Source: Fistulifera solaris
Taxonomy: Eukaryota
Assembly (NCBI GenBank): GCA_030295235.1
Contig: AP026126.1
Location: 868,001-932,000, forward strand
Length of the DNA stretch: 64,000 nt
Direction: 5' to 3'
Under the pieces are notes generated by a model that saw only the letters and a list, made by a program, of their open reading frames with translations, was not told the DNA's origin and made no database searches. This document shows positions 12,712 to 23,865 of this stretch, piece by piece; the first letter of the stretch is position 1, and the number at the start of each line of letters is the position of its first letter. The position numbers and the translations under genes are program-made.

Positions 12712-14472
12712 TTAAGAATTCTTTGGTTGCACCCAGTTATCAGGAATCAGCGCGTCATGAATGATTTCACGGTGACATGACCAAACGAGTTGAATGGCCT
12801 CAATGGTCCCGATTCCTGCTCCGCGCGGATCACCAGCAGGTCCGAACCAGTGATTTTGTGGTGCTCCCGTTGTGCGAGCACGACGGCCCGTATAGGTTGT
12901 TCCATTTACCGTATTCGAGAGGACTTTTTGTTTGAAAGGCAACATCGTTGGAGACGACAGCTGCCGTAAGATGGTGAGACATGCGTTCGAGGGCATCAAG
13001 GACATCCGAAAGGGTCTCATCGTTGTAATAGGTAATGACCTGGAAAGGAGCAAAAATTTCGGTGGCACATGCTTCGAAGTTATCTCCTTTCATCATCTCC
13101 GACAGTGGTACGAAAACCGCAGTCGGTTCACAGGCACCGTATTTGTCAGGAATGTTATGGTCAGCCAATTCCTTTCCACCCCACAAAATCGACGCTCCGT
13201 CAATGGCCGCCAATTTATTAGTGTGATCCAAAAATTGCTTCGTTGTCACAGTTAAAGTCGGCCCTACCGTCAAATCCTGCAAATTACGTTTCATCGCAAG
13301 TTCTTTCATCTTATCAACCAACCCCACGCTCTTCCAGTTCTCGTGCACAAAGCAAATGGATTGTGCGGAGCACTTTTGACCGATGGATGCGTAGGCATCT
13401 TGATCGCACTGCCATGCCACATAATCTACATCACCCACGTCGGGCCCAATCAACTTCCAGTCAAAGCCAGCGTCTTCGAGTCGCACTTTGCCGTGTGTAG
13501 CCGCGGAAAGTAGTTCGCCGACTCGAGAGGAACCCGTAAACTGCGTCAAGCGTACCGGAGTGTCGACAATGACCTTTTGTGCCACGGGTCCCCGACAATT
13601 GAGAAAATCAACATCCGTCATATCCATGCCGCAATCATGCAACAGACGCAAAAATTGTTCCATGACAACCGAGACTTGTTCCGATGGTTTCAAAACGGGC
13701 TTGTTGCCCATGAACAGAGCGCCCATGAGCTGAAGGCAAGGGATTTCGAGAGGAAAATTGAAGGGACTGACAATGGCGACCGGCCCGAATGGCCAACGAT
13801 GACCAACGGTCATTTGTCCGTAATGATCTCCGGGAACACCAAAGGAACGCGCCAGTTGACGAACATTGTCACCGCCAAAGTTGTTGAGAAATTGGGCCGA
13901 CACTCTCACTTCTCCGAGCGCTTGCGCGTGCGATTTTGGGACACAACTCATAATGGTGCGCGCAAAGTATTCGGCAATATCCGGATCCATCAAGGCATGA
14001 CCAGCCTGCGTTTGAGCAAGAAAGAAAGTGTGAGAGGACGTGTTCGGACGAATTGTTTGTTCAGCAACAGAGACGAGTTGCGTTGCCGTACCTTCCGACT
14101 GATATCACCATATTGCAAGTAACGTTCTGGCTTCTTGAAAGGATTGTGCAATCCCGATTTGGGAACCTTCCGAAGTGAATCAATGAAAGGTTGAATTTCG
14201 TCTTCTTGCGTATCACAAATCGTAAATATCGGATCTTTATCTTTATCGAGCGGATCGATAATACTCAATGTCTGCTTCGAGTCGTGCGACCATTGACCGT
14301 CGACCAGATTGGGCACCGCGTAAACTTCTTTCCCCTTGGTTCCGGCGGAATAAGGATCGTATGTCGCCCAGCTCGGTATCATCGTGGACAGGTGACGCGT
14401 CGATGTAAAGTTGTGTAAAATCCTCAAGTGTTTGCCGCACTGCTGTCGAAAGGGTAATACAGCGGATAGCAT
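12712..14472 (-). CDS. ALDH12: Delta-1-pyrroline-5-carboxylate dehydrogenase (plant-type ALDH12), mitochondrial
   Basis: RWPFGPVAIVSPFNFPLEIP, FTGSS, LEDAGFDWK, GQKCSAQS, EIFAPFQ and GAPQNHWFGPAGDPRGAGIGT motifs. Intron 14006-14091; frameshift in a T-run at ~12927. Confidence 0.95.
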
Positions 14473-14908
14473 CGTTTTATGAAAGAAAAAAGATATCTTT
14501 ACGCTTTTGGTTGGATCCGGAGGATGGAGATGTTGATGGAATTGATGTCAACAAGGTGCAATTGCATTCGTCGCTTCTCTCGAGAAAGTGAGCACAAAAT
14601 AAAACGGACGCATGTTTTCGAGTTTTTATTTCCGCAGAGATTTTCGAAGAGCTGCTCCAGGCAAGTGCGCGTACGCGACTGAATGGATCACGGTAAGACA
14701 CATTTAATGCCAGAACAAACACGAACCAAATTCATTTCACATTTTCTTGGATGCCATTATTTATGTCGTCGCCGACGACAGAAAAAAAAATGCGCCACTT
14801 GTCATTTTGATGGGCGATAATAAACCAACGACAAAGTCTCTTCCAGAAATCAAATTTATTCTTTCTTGTCTATCTGAGAATACGCTTTCCTCCGCACTTC
14901 AAAACAAC

Positions 14909-16268
14909 ATGAGCAACATTACAGACGAGCCGTTAACCTCGGAAGAAGAAGTAGCCGTTTTGTCGGTTCGGCAACACGATGAAAGTCGTCCGAGAAAGAT
15001 AACATCGCGAGTCTTGGGCGGTTTTTCCCTCTTTTCTGTATTCACTGCGTCAATATACATGGGACATGCCGTTGTTTGTGTCATGGTGGCACTCATTGAG
15101 GTGCTCCTCTTCCGAGAACTAGTTCGAGTCCGTTATTCGAAATTCTTTGCACAGATTCAAGACACCATCCCTCTGTTTCGCACCACACAATGGCTTTGGT
15201 TCACCGTCGCTATATTCTATACGTACGGCGACTTTTTTATCGGATGTCATTCAGAGCAATTCGAAGATGCATTACTTGCTCCCTTACGTTCAATATTTGC
15301 CTACAATATCGTTATTTTTGTACAGTGGGACTCTCATATTGACCATATCGACGTTACAACGAGATCAACTTAAATTTCAAATCAATCAACTTTGTTGGAC
15401 CATTCTAGTGATCCTTGTCACAGTAGGACAACTCAAAGGCATTATGCACAATATTTTCAATGGATTCATCTGGTATGTTTTGCCGTGTTGTCTCGTCTTT
15501 GTCAACGATATCATGGCCTACGTGTCGGGCATGCTTTGGGGGAGAAAGTTCATACAGCGCCCCTTGATCAGCTTTTCGCCCAATAAAACGTGGGAAGGAT
15601 TCATTGGAGCCATTCTCTTTACCATGATCACGGCCTGGTATTTGAGTCGTTTCCTCGCTCAATTCTCGTGGATGACTTGTCCTACCAATCAATTCACTCT
15701 GTTTCCGAGTGAACTCCAATGTCGCATGGATCCGATTTTCTTACCGGCACAAGTGAGAGTACCGCCACAAATCTTTGATTTGCTGCCTCGCTGGGTTGTC
15801 AAATTGATACCCAACGTTGTACACATTTGTAAAAACAGTGACAATCGTCTCGATCCTTGTGTCTCCGGAAATGCGGCACAAACACTGCACCACTTTGAAT
15901 TGACATTGACCAACTATTATCCAATCCAAATGCACGCACTATGGTTGGGACTATTTGCGAGTCTGGTAGCACCCTTTGGTGGCTTTCTGGCTTCGGCCTT
16001 CAAACGAGCCTACGGTCTCAAAGATTTCGCCAGCATCATACCAGGACACGGGGGTGTGATGGATCGCATGGACTGTCAGTTTCTCATGGCTCTGTGCACC
16101 TGGGTGCATTACAATACCTTTGTGAAGTTGGCATCGGTGAGTGTCCCGAAACTCGTATACATGTACACCATGTTGACCGACCAGGACAAGCTCGAGTTTT
16201 TCGAAGCGATCGCCCATTTACGACAAGATGGATCCAGTTCAGCGGCCGAATTTCCTTACGTTAGATAA
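14909..16268 (+). CDS. CDS1: Phosphatidate cytidylyltransferase (CDP-DAG synthase)
   Basis: NDIMAY..G...G, SPNKTWEGFIG and FKRAYGLKDFASIIPGHGGVMDRMDCQ motifs. Frameshift at the T6 run ~15235. Confidence 0.95.
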
Positions 16269-16335
16269 CCTTTCGACATATGATTCAAATCTTTCTAGAA
16301 TAAAGTCTTTAATGCATTATTGCTAGGGGGGAGGT

Positions 16336-17490
16336 TTAAATACTCTCGTCGAGAGCACTTTTCACCGCGTCCTCCACAGTGGGATGCGAAAACTGGAACC
16401 CGCTTTTCAGGAGCTTCGTAGGAATTGCCCGAACGCCTCCCAAAAGAGTCTCCTCTCCCATTTCTCCAAATAGTAGAGAAACAGCAAATCCAGGAAACGG
16501 CAGTATTGTAGGACGAGATAGGGCTTTTCCCAGTGCTTGGGTGAATTGAGCGTTGGTGCAGGGTTGCGGAGCGCAAAAGTTCACGGGCCCCTTGAGAGAC
16601 GGTGTTTCCATGCCGTGAACAATTGCTCGAGCAACGTCACGGGCCGAAATGAACGAGAAGTACTGATCTCCCGATCCCACATTACCACCTCCTCCCAACC
16701 AAAAGATGGGAGCCAGTTTGGCGAGAGCGCCTCCCTTCGTCGACAAGACTACACCAAAGCGCATATTGACAACACGGACAGCTTTGTTAGCAGTTTGAGA
16801 CGCCACCTCGGCTTGTCGAGATACTTCTGCCAAAAATCCTTCTGTCGACGAAATATCAGCTTGTTCGTCAACGGCCGGTTTCGATTCCCCAATGAAAGTG
16901 TTGCCATAGGCGCCGACCCCCGATGCTGCCATGAAAACTACCGGTTTCTTTGTGGCGGTAAAGGCTGTCGAAAGTGCCTTTGAAGACTCGACACGTGAGT
17001 TAAGAATTTCTGCCTTTTTCGCGTCACTCCAAGGCCGTAATCCAATGAATCCGAGAGGTCCCAGTCCAGTGGCGATATTCTCGCCGGCCAAATGAACCAC
17101 CGCGTCAAACTCGGCAGCTGTTGGTAAAATTTCTTCCGGAGAAATACCCTTTGGATTCCAAGCAATCGAAGTTTCTTCTTCGGATAGTTCACTGGACGCT
17201 TGATTGCTGCGTCGCATATTGACGATACGGATAGGCTTTCCATGAATCGTGCCCTTCTTTGCCAGTTCATCACGAAGAGCAGTTCCCACCAGTCCACTTG
17301 CTCCAGTGATTCCCACAGTGTATGTTTTCGAGTCCGACATGGTAGAGGAGAAAGCTTTGGTGATTGTGTCTATAAAGGATGTAGCGGATAAGGTCGTCTT
17401 TCGCGTGAACGAGGGTGAAAACGTTCGTTGAAATGCCAAACAAGAACGTGAAGTCGAACTCACGAGGAAAAGCATCATAAGGCCTTTCAT
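16336..17490 (-). CDS. TIGR01777/SDR39U1-family NAD(P)-dependent epimerase, probably plastid-targeted
   Basis: ITGASGLVG, VVHLAGENIA, SRV.S, RFGVVLS..GGAL, GPVNFCAP and P.KLL.SGFQF.HP motifs. N-terminal signal CLA-F. Confidence 0.9.
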   Translation of the reverse strand: MKGLMMLFLVSSTSRSCLAFQRTFSPSFTRKTTLSATSFIDTITKAFSSTMSDSKTYTVGITGASGLVGTALRDELAKKGTIHGKPIRIVNMRRSNQASSELSEEETSIAWNPKGISPEEILPTAAEFDAVVHLAGENIATGLGPLGFIGLRPWSDAKKAEILNSRVESSKALSTAFTATKKPVVFMAASGVGAYGNTFIGESKPAVDEQADISSTEGFLAEVSRQAEVASQTANKAVRVVNMRFGVVLSTKGGALAKLAPIFWLGGGGNVGSGDQYFSFISARDVARAIVHGMETPSLKGPVNFCAPQPCTNAQFTQALGKALSRPTILPFPGFAVSLLFGEMGEETLLGGVRAIPTKLLKSGFQFSHPTVEDAVKSALDESI

Positions 17491-17879
17491 TCTCCTCTCA
17501 GTTCACTGTGACGAAGTTCTTCCTTCTTCTTTTGGACTTCGTATGCCCAATATCTTTACCAGGGTATATTGCATGAACTAACCACGAGGCAGTGAGAAAA
17601 ACGATGATTATTATTTGTGTCCTACGGCAAAAATGAATGAGCTGGGGCTGGGGACCCGTGTGAGTCAGACCAGGCGTGACTGAACAACACTCAGTCCCGG
17701 AAGGAACGTAGTATCTACCTCATTGAGGAACGCTTGGCACTGTTTTCAACCAATGAAATGTCAAACTAAACGCGATTCATTCATGAACTTACCGATGCTT
17801 CTACTACTACGGACCATAATGTTCTAGGAGTGCAAGACGAGAGAATTTCATGTCGTGGTAACCTTACCAGGTATCACAT

Positions 17880-18175
17880 CAAGGCCGAGGATTCACTTCA
17901 AAGTATAGTCCCAGAGTGTAAGCGACCTTTCTCCATGACTCCTTTCAGCCGTGAGTCATGATTCTTTCGAGCGAGACTGCTAAGCCCAATTACCATTCGT
18001 TCTGCTAGCGTGGACAGTAATATTTGTCATAATCACGGTGCAGTTATCAGCTGCGGCATTACCATTGGACGCCGCGATTCTTCACTGTGAAAAGGCTTGG
18101 GATCATTCAATCTGTGTTTGCTATAGGCCCAAAGTGTAAACATCAACTTTATCATGACTGACGACTCGTGACTGA
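17880..18175 (+). repeat. Diverged ~240-bp element: end of one unit plus one full unit
   Basis: CATGACTCCTTTCAGCCGTGAGTCATGATTCTTTCGAGCGAGACTGCTAAGC aligns to CACGACTGCATTTCAGTCATGAGTCACTTTTCTCCCGAGCAACACTACTACGC. TATAG.CCCA.AGTGTAA...CATGACT occurs twice, at ~17904 and ~18122. Confidence 0.75.
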
Positions 18176-18360
18176 TTCATATGCAGTTGTCCACCAAAAT
18201 CCACCATAACCTCTAACCTTTATCATGATTCCACACATTCTAATCTAGTCGACCGCGCTGCAATGGCCAATCATCGGCAGGACGAATAAAAATAAACATG
18301 TCTTTGCCAAAGCAGATAACACAAACAGACGTTGTATTTTAGAACCAACATAAAAGAAAA

Positions 18361-18905
18361 ATGGCTGACTTATTCGGTGAAGAAGATGATCAGCAAGAGA
18401 TGGAAGAAGAGGAAGAAGAAGATGACGACGACGAAGAAGAAGATATTCTTGATATGGGGGAGGACGAGGGCGTTCAACAACAAGATGTGCTGTTGATGCG
18501 CTTCTGTCCACATGATTCCTCTATGCTTTACCCGAAAGTATGTTTTCTCGTGTTTCGGAATTCCGCGTTGTGATATGATTGCTAACGACTTTTGTGTGAA
18601 ACGTTTCACAGGAAGACAAACGAAACAAATCGTTGCTATACGCCTGTCGATTATGTCGATACACAGAACCATCACCCAATCAACCCCTCGTTTATCGAAA
18701 TGAAAAGAAAAAGGAAATCGGGAATATTTTACATACCGTACCCTCGGCAATTTCTGACGACCCCACGCTAGCACGGTCGCAAAAAGCAAATTGTGCGAAT
18801 TGTGGCCACAATGAAGCGGTCTTTTTTCAAAGTGATGTAGCTCAACAGGATTCTCTGGCTTTGATTTTTGTCTGCTGCAATTGTGATCACAAGTGGGTAA
18901 ACTAG
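18361..18905 (+). CDS. RPB9: RNA polymerase II subunit RPB9; 2 exons (intron 18538-18611)
   Basis: MRFC...SMLYPKED, LLYACRLC, DDPTLAR, CANCGHNEAVFFQ and LIFVCCNCDHKW motifs. Confidence 0.95.
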
Positions 18906-19601
18906 AATCGGCTAAATATAGGTACCACTTTGCTTCTTGAAAGTGTATTAGTGAATATTAGAAAACCTTTCAAAACCTTTCAAGAATATAATGCCTTGTA
19001 CATGGCGTTGGTCTTCCGATTCGCCATTTTTAAGAAGTCAATCGTAATAGACTCAGTCCTCTAGAGGTCGAGCTTTGAGAAGAAAAGACTAGCCACTCGA
19101 ACAAAAAGGGATCGGTCTACTGTGTCACCGTCAATGTGACAATGGTGTCAAGGTCCCGAATGAAAGCCCAAAAGCGGGCCTGGTGAGGTAGAACTATACT
19201 TGTACCTGGATTAAAGGACCACTACCAGGTTAACAAGTTTATCAATTGGATCGGAAAATACCGGTACCCCCTTCTCGACAATTGGACTAGACCTACAATA
19301 CATGTCTTTACGTCATAGGTCATAGGAGTAATTATTCCAAAACAAGTACGGAGGACTTGTACTTGTAGTAATCTTTATTATTCCCCCAAAGGTTCTTCGC
19401 GAAGATCCGATGTGTCACATGTCACGAGTCACGAGTCGTCATGAGGCATTTTCAGCGGCACTCGTACCACGTATTTCGTATTGCACACCTGACACATCGG
19501 ATCTTCTTCACAAAATTTTGTCTGTTGTCATTAAAGCAGCAAATATCAGAAGAAATTTAGGGTATACGGGCTTATATTGTTTTAAAAGAAGTATCTGCAG
19601 C

Positions 19602-20399
19602 ATGCGCTTTGGATTGTTTGTCGGTGTGGTATATTTCTTACCACGTGCTCTCGGTTTTCAAACTACGCTGCCCGTTGACAGAGCAACTCACATGTCGGGC
19701 GTCCCGAATGAAAAGAGGGTATATTCCTTTCCTGCTAATCGTGGATCAATGCAAGTAGGCGCTGGTCTTTTGACTCCCACAATGTCGGCGGTTAGCTCGG
19801 AAGAGTGGACGAAACCACGTTTACACAACACTGCAACGTTCCGCACTATCGCCCTTCTATCGGCGCTTCTCGCGGCAGGGTTTTCGTCCAAATCACCTCT
19901 CAAGCTCCTACCTGCTCAGGTTCTAGGGTCGATTCATACCATTTCCTTTGCCACGTGGTTTGGGACCGTCGCTTACACGACCTTTGTCGCCGGTATCACC
20001 ATGTTCAAGAACCTTCCTCGTCAGACATTCGGCAAGCTGCAGGCCAAGCTATTTCCCAAGTACTTTGCGCTTTCGTCGTTTACTTTAGCGCTCCAGCTGA
20101 TTACCCTCAAAAGCCTCAAAGCCATGACCGGTAAAGCCGCACATTCGTCGGCGAAGGCGTTGGGTGTCGCTTTGCTGATGACGTTGATCAATCAGTTTTA
20201 CTTGGAGCCCAAATCGACTTCGAATATGATGGAACGTTACGAACTAGAAGACAAAGGTGAACAAGAAAGTGACCGTTACAAGACTTTAAAGGCTAGCTTT
20301 GGGAAGTTTCATGGCATGAGCTCGCTCACGAATCTTATTGGATTGTGCGCTGGCGTGGTACACGCTGTTTTCCTTTCGGCGACTCTGGTTGCACCCTAA
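19602..20399 (+). CDS. TMEM205/DUF4149 membrane protein with targeting presequence
   Basis: TFVAGITMFKNLPRQTFGKLQAKLFPKYF, NQFYLEP and FGKFHGMSSLTNL motifs. Confidence 0.88.
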   Translation: MRFGLFVGVVYFLPRALGFQTTLPVDRATHMSGVPNEKRVYSFPANRGSMQVGAGLLTPTMSAVSSEEWTKPRLHNTATFRTIALLSALLAAGFSSKSPLKLLPAQVLGSIHTISFATWFGTVAYTTFVAGITMFKNLPRQTFGKLQAKLFPKYFALSSFTLALQLITLKSLKAMTGKAAHSSAKALGVALLMTLINQFYLEPKSTSNMMERYELEDKGEQESDRYKTLKASFGKFHGMSSLTNLIGLCAGVVHAVFLSATLVAP

Positions 20400-20489
20400 A
20401 GGAATGAAGAAGCAATTTAGCGACACATTTAAGTTAAAATAAGTCCTGTGAGATAATGTTTTTGTTTGTTTTCGGCTTCACATCTATGA

Positions 20490-21303
20490 TCAGTACATTC
20501 CGCCGTTCCCCATTCTCCACGGTGGCCAATACACAAAGACAGCACGACCGATGACGTTTTTCGTAGGAAGGAAGCCCCAAATATGACCATCTAAACTGTG
20601 ATTTCTGTTGTCTCCGAGAACAAGGACGCTGTCCTTGGGTACAATGACGGGACCGAATTGGTATTCCGCATCTTCAGCTGTGAATGGTTCGTCTTGCATG
20701 ACATCATTGACGTAGAGCTTTCCTTGCCGAACTTCGACTTTATCTCCTTCAATAGCCACAATTCGCTTGATGAGAGCCTCTCGACCCTTCTTTTTATCAC
20801 CATATTGTTCCACAATATCTTTAAAAGATTGTGGCGGATTGAAAACGACCACTTCGTTTCGATAAAGTGGCTTGATACGTTTTGTTACTTTCTCCACCGC
20901 CAACTGATCCCCCCACGTCAAAGGTGGGATACATCGAGAGACTGGGAATGAATCGAGGTTCTATGATTGTGAATCGGAGTAACAAGGCGATGAAAAGACT
21001 GACGAAGTAAGTCTTGACGTCTTCTCTGCCTTCATCGGACCGTATCCATCTCCTCAAGGATCCAAGAATGCCCTCTTCATCGTTTCGGTTCGCCGGCTTT
21101 CGATCAATTTCATCGCTTCCGTCGTTTCTCTCAGAAAAGAGAATTAGAGATTTTCCTGTTATCGTATGATGATAAGGATGCAAGACGCTTGATGCTTCTG
21201 GCAAGGATGTAAGCCTGTGTGATACTATCGGGTTGAAGCTTGCTGATGAACTTATTAGACCGAGAACGGATATGAATCGAACATACATGCGTAGCGTTAG
21301 CAT
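20490..21303 (-). CDS. Signal peptidase I, thylakoidal processing peptidase type
   Basis: EPRFIPSLSMYPTFDVGD (catalytic Ser), IKRIVA (Lys) and LGDNRNHSLDGHIWG motifs. ASF-type plastid presequence. +1 indel in a G-run at ~20910. Confidence 0.93.
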
Positions 21304-21725
21304 TTTCCTTTCAACTACCCGATTCCCGGGCCTTGAAGATGACTCTGATCGAGACCGCTATCGCTGTTTTTCGTCGCTATTATCCTTTGTGGTTGTGGCG
21401 TTGGTGTTGGTGTAAGATCCATTTACTTTATTAGTCAATAAAATCCTGCGTCGTTTCTCGTACCTGGTACCGGTACCTATGGTACTACGTACTTTGTTTA
21501 CAGCAAACAGGTGCAAACGTCACAAATAGAAAGTAAGAGTACCGGTAAGATATGCTAAATGCAGGCCTATCAAGCTTCGTGGTCGCTGTAAACTTATTTG
21601 AGAAGGACTGAGTAATTGATTAACAAACTTAACTAAAAATATGAAAGGACCATGCAAATATCAGCTTTTATCGATAAATTGATAGAGTTGTTAACACTGA
21701 CGCCGACTTCATGCGCTAGCTTTGT

Positions 21726-23326
21726 TTATTCCGAGTCACTTCCCGACTCCGAAACGGTTTCCGGCTCCGAAGCATCTCTAGGTTCCTCATTCTCTTCAAC
21801 GCTAGGATGTTCTTGAGCGTTGTCCTTAGAGCCGTCCATCTCAGACTCGATCGCTTCAGAGCCAGAAAAAGGTTGACGATAGCTACTCGGTTCTTCACAC
21901 CTTTCACTCGATCCCATCTGCCGCACCGATGTTCTTGCCCTATAGCGGCGACAAGGAATCGTGCCTTAGGACCAAACCGAATGGCATTGACGTAACCTCT
22001 CACTGGAATCGCAACAAGGAGCTCCATTCCACGTTCCTCTAACGTCTTTCCAGTTCTAACTTTCCAAAGTCGAATAAATCCATCTTTAGAACCACTGGCC
22101 GCCAAATCGCTTTCCTTTAAAGCGGACACGCTGACTAATGGGTTTCCCGTTCCGTGAGCATCGGCGATGGTAGACACAGCGCGTTTCTTATCCGTATTCC
22201 ACAAACATAAGTGGCCATCTTCGTGGCCTGTAATGAACCAATCGTCTTTAATCAAAGAAACACAATCAGCGGACTGTATCTTACTACCACCTCGGAAAAT
22301 AAGATGCGAGTCTTCAGCCAGTTTCCATGCTCGTGCCGTGCGGTCGCGACCGACTGAGACGGGCCGTTCTTTGCGATGACAATCGATGCCGCTGACAGCA
22401 AATTGGTGTCCGTATAGAGTTTCCATATATAGCATATCGTCCAAGCTATAGTGCCGAATACAACGGTCTTCCGATGACGAAAACAAGCGATGGGAATAGC
22501 TCTGAAAGGCCAAGCATGATATAGGACCTTTGTGTCCTTCAAACGTCTTTACGATCTCAGTCGGATTGTTCGATTTCAAATCAAATACAATCACTTTGCT
22601 ATCCCTCTTTCCGACAACGGCATAACGACCATCATCTGACAGCGATACGGCAAGAACTTCGCCGCCATTCCGAGATCCCTTGTTTGCACCTTCCTTGTTC
22701 TGTTTCCAATGGCGGTAAAGATTGTGGAGAGGGGAACCTGTTTCAACATCCCAGACAATGACCGAATTGTCTTTTGACCCTGACACTGCTACCTTTCCAG
22801 ACGCATCTACGGCTACACTGGTAGGAGTGAGATCGTGCCCGTGCAATAATCGGATATTTCCTGACTGTACCCATAGGTTTGCTGCTTCATGGCTCGGTAG
22901 CATCGTTAGTTTGTCCTGCAACATTGTCGTTTGCAATGCTTCCACATGCTTTCCCACTTTATCTGCTAGTATTCGTTCTAGTGTACCTTCTCTTTTCAGA
23001 CGCTCACGCTGTAACTTTCGAGAAATGTGATCTTGGTCATCCTCGCTTTCTTCATCCGAGGCAGCCGAAGAAGCGGAGTCAGAAGCCTCTTCCAACTTGT
23101 CAAGATATTCGCGGGCTAGCCTCACGCGTTTAACGTCCAAAGCTTCTTTCTCTTCGGCCTCTGATTCCTCTTCTTGTAGGCGAGGCTCTCTTCCTTCATT
23201 CTCACTTTCATCGTCCGACGAAGCGATGTGTTCGTCCGTGTTTTCTTTCCAAGCTAAATCGAGGGTGGTGCGTGCTTTCTTTTGTGATGCTTGCGGCGTT
23301 TTCTGCTTTCTCCTTTGTTTCACCAT
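21726..23326 (-). CDS. RRP9: U3 snoRNP WD40 protein RRP9/U3-55K
   Basis: KRVRLAREYL, WD40 repeats, YMETLYGHQ, GRDRTARAWK...SHLIFRG and GQEHRCGRW motifs. Frameshift near the C-terminus. Confidence 0.92.
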
Positions 23327-23865
23327 ACTCTGCTTGTAACTTCTTACGAAAAGAATGGGGCGCTTGGCTTCAGTGCTAAAGATTGACAGCAGGACGAGAT
23401 GGAAAATTAACGAAATGCGAGAAAAATTTGATCTGGATCGTTCTTGATTCTTGGTCTTCGAAAGTTCCCGTCTGTCCGTCTCCACTTGATGAGGACGGAT
23501 GTCCGTTTTGTTCGTTTCACTGTCGACTGACGATGAGCAGACGACGGACTAGAGCGCTCGCTCAAGTCTGTACGTCTGTACTTTGTACATCACAATTGGA
23601 TAAGCCTTTCAAAGTATTCTCCAATTTGGAGTTCGAGGGAATTGTACCGCTACGACGTTTCGGCGTTGCGGGAAATGCTTCATTGAAGTGAAATCAGAAA
23701 ACAGCAGACACGAGAACTGCACGAGACACGCGACACACGGTTCCGAAGTGAGAAAGGTTGCATCGACACCTTCTTCCGTCAACCTCACAGAATATCATTT
23801 CGTCTTTGGTCTTAGCGCATATTTAAGACAGATATAAACGCTTAGTTGAGTTAGATATCTCCTAC

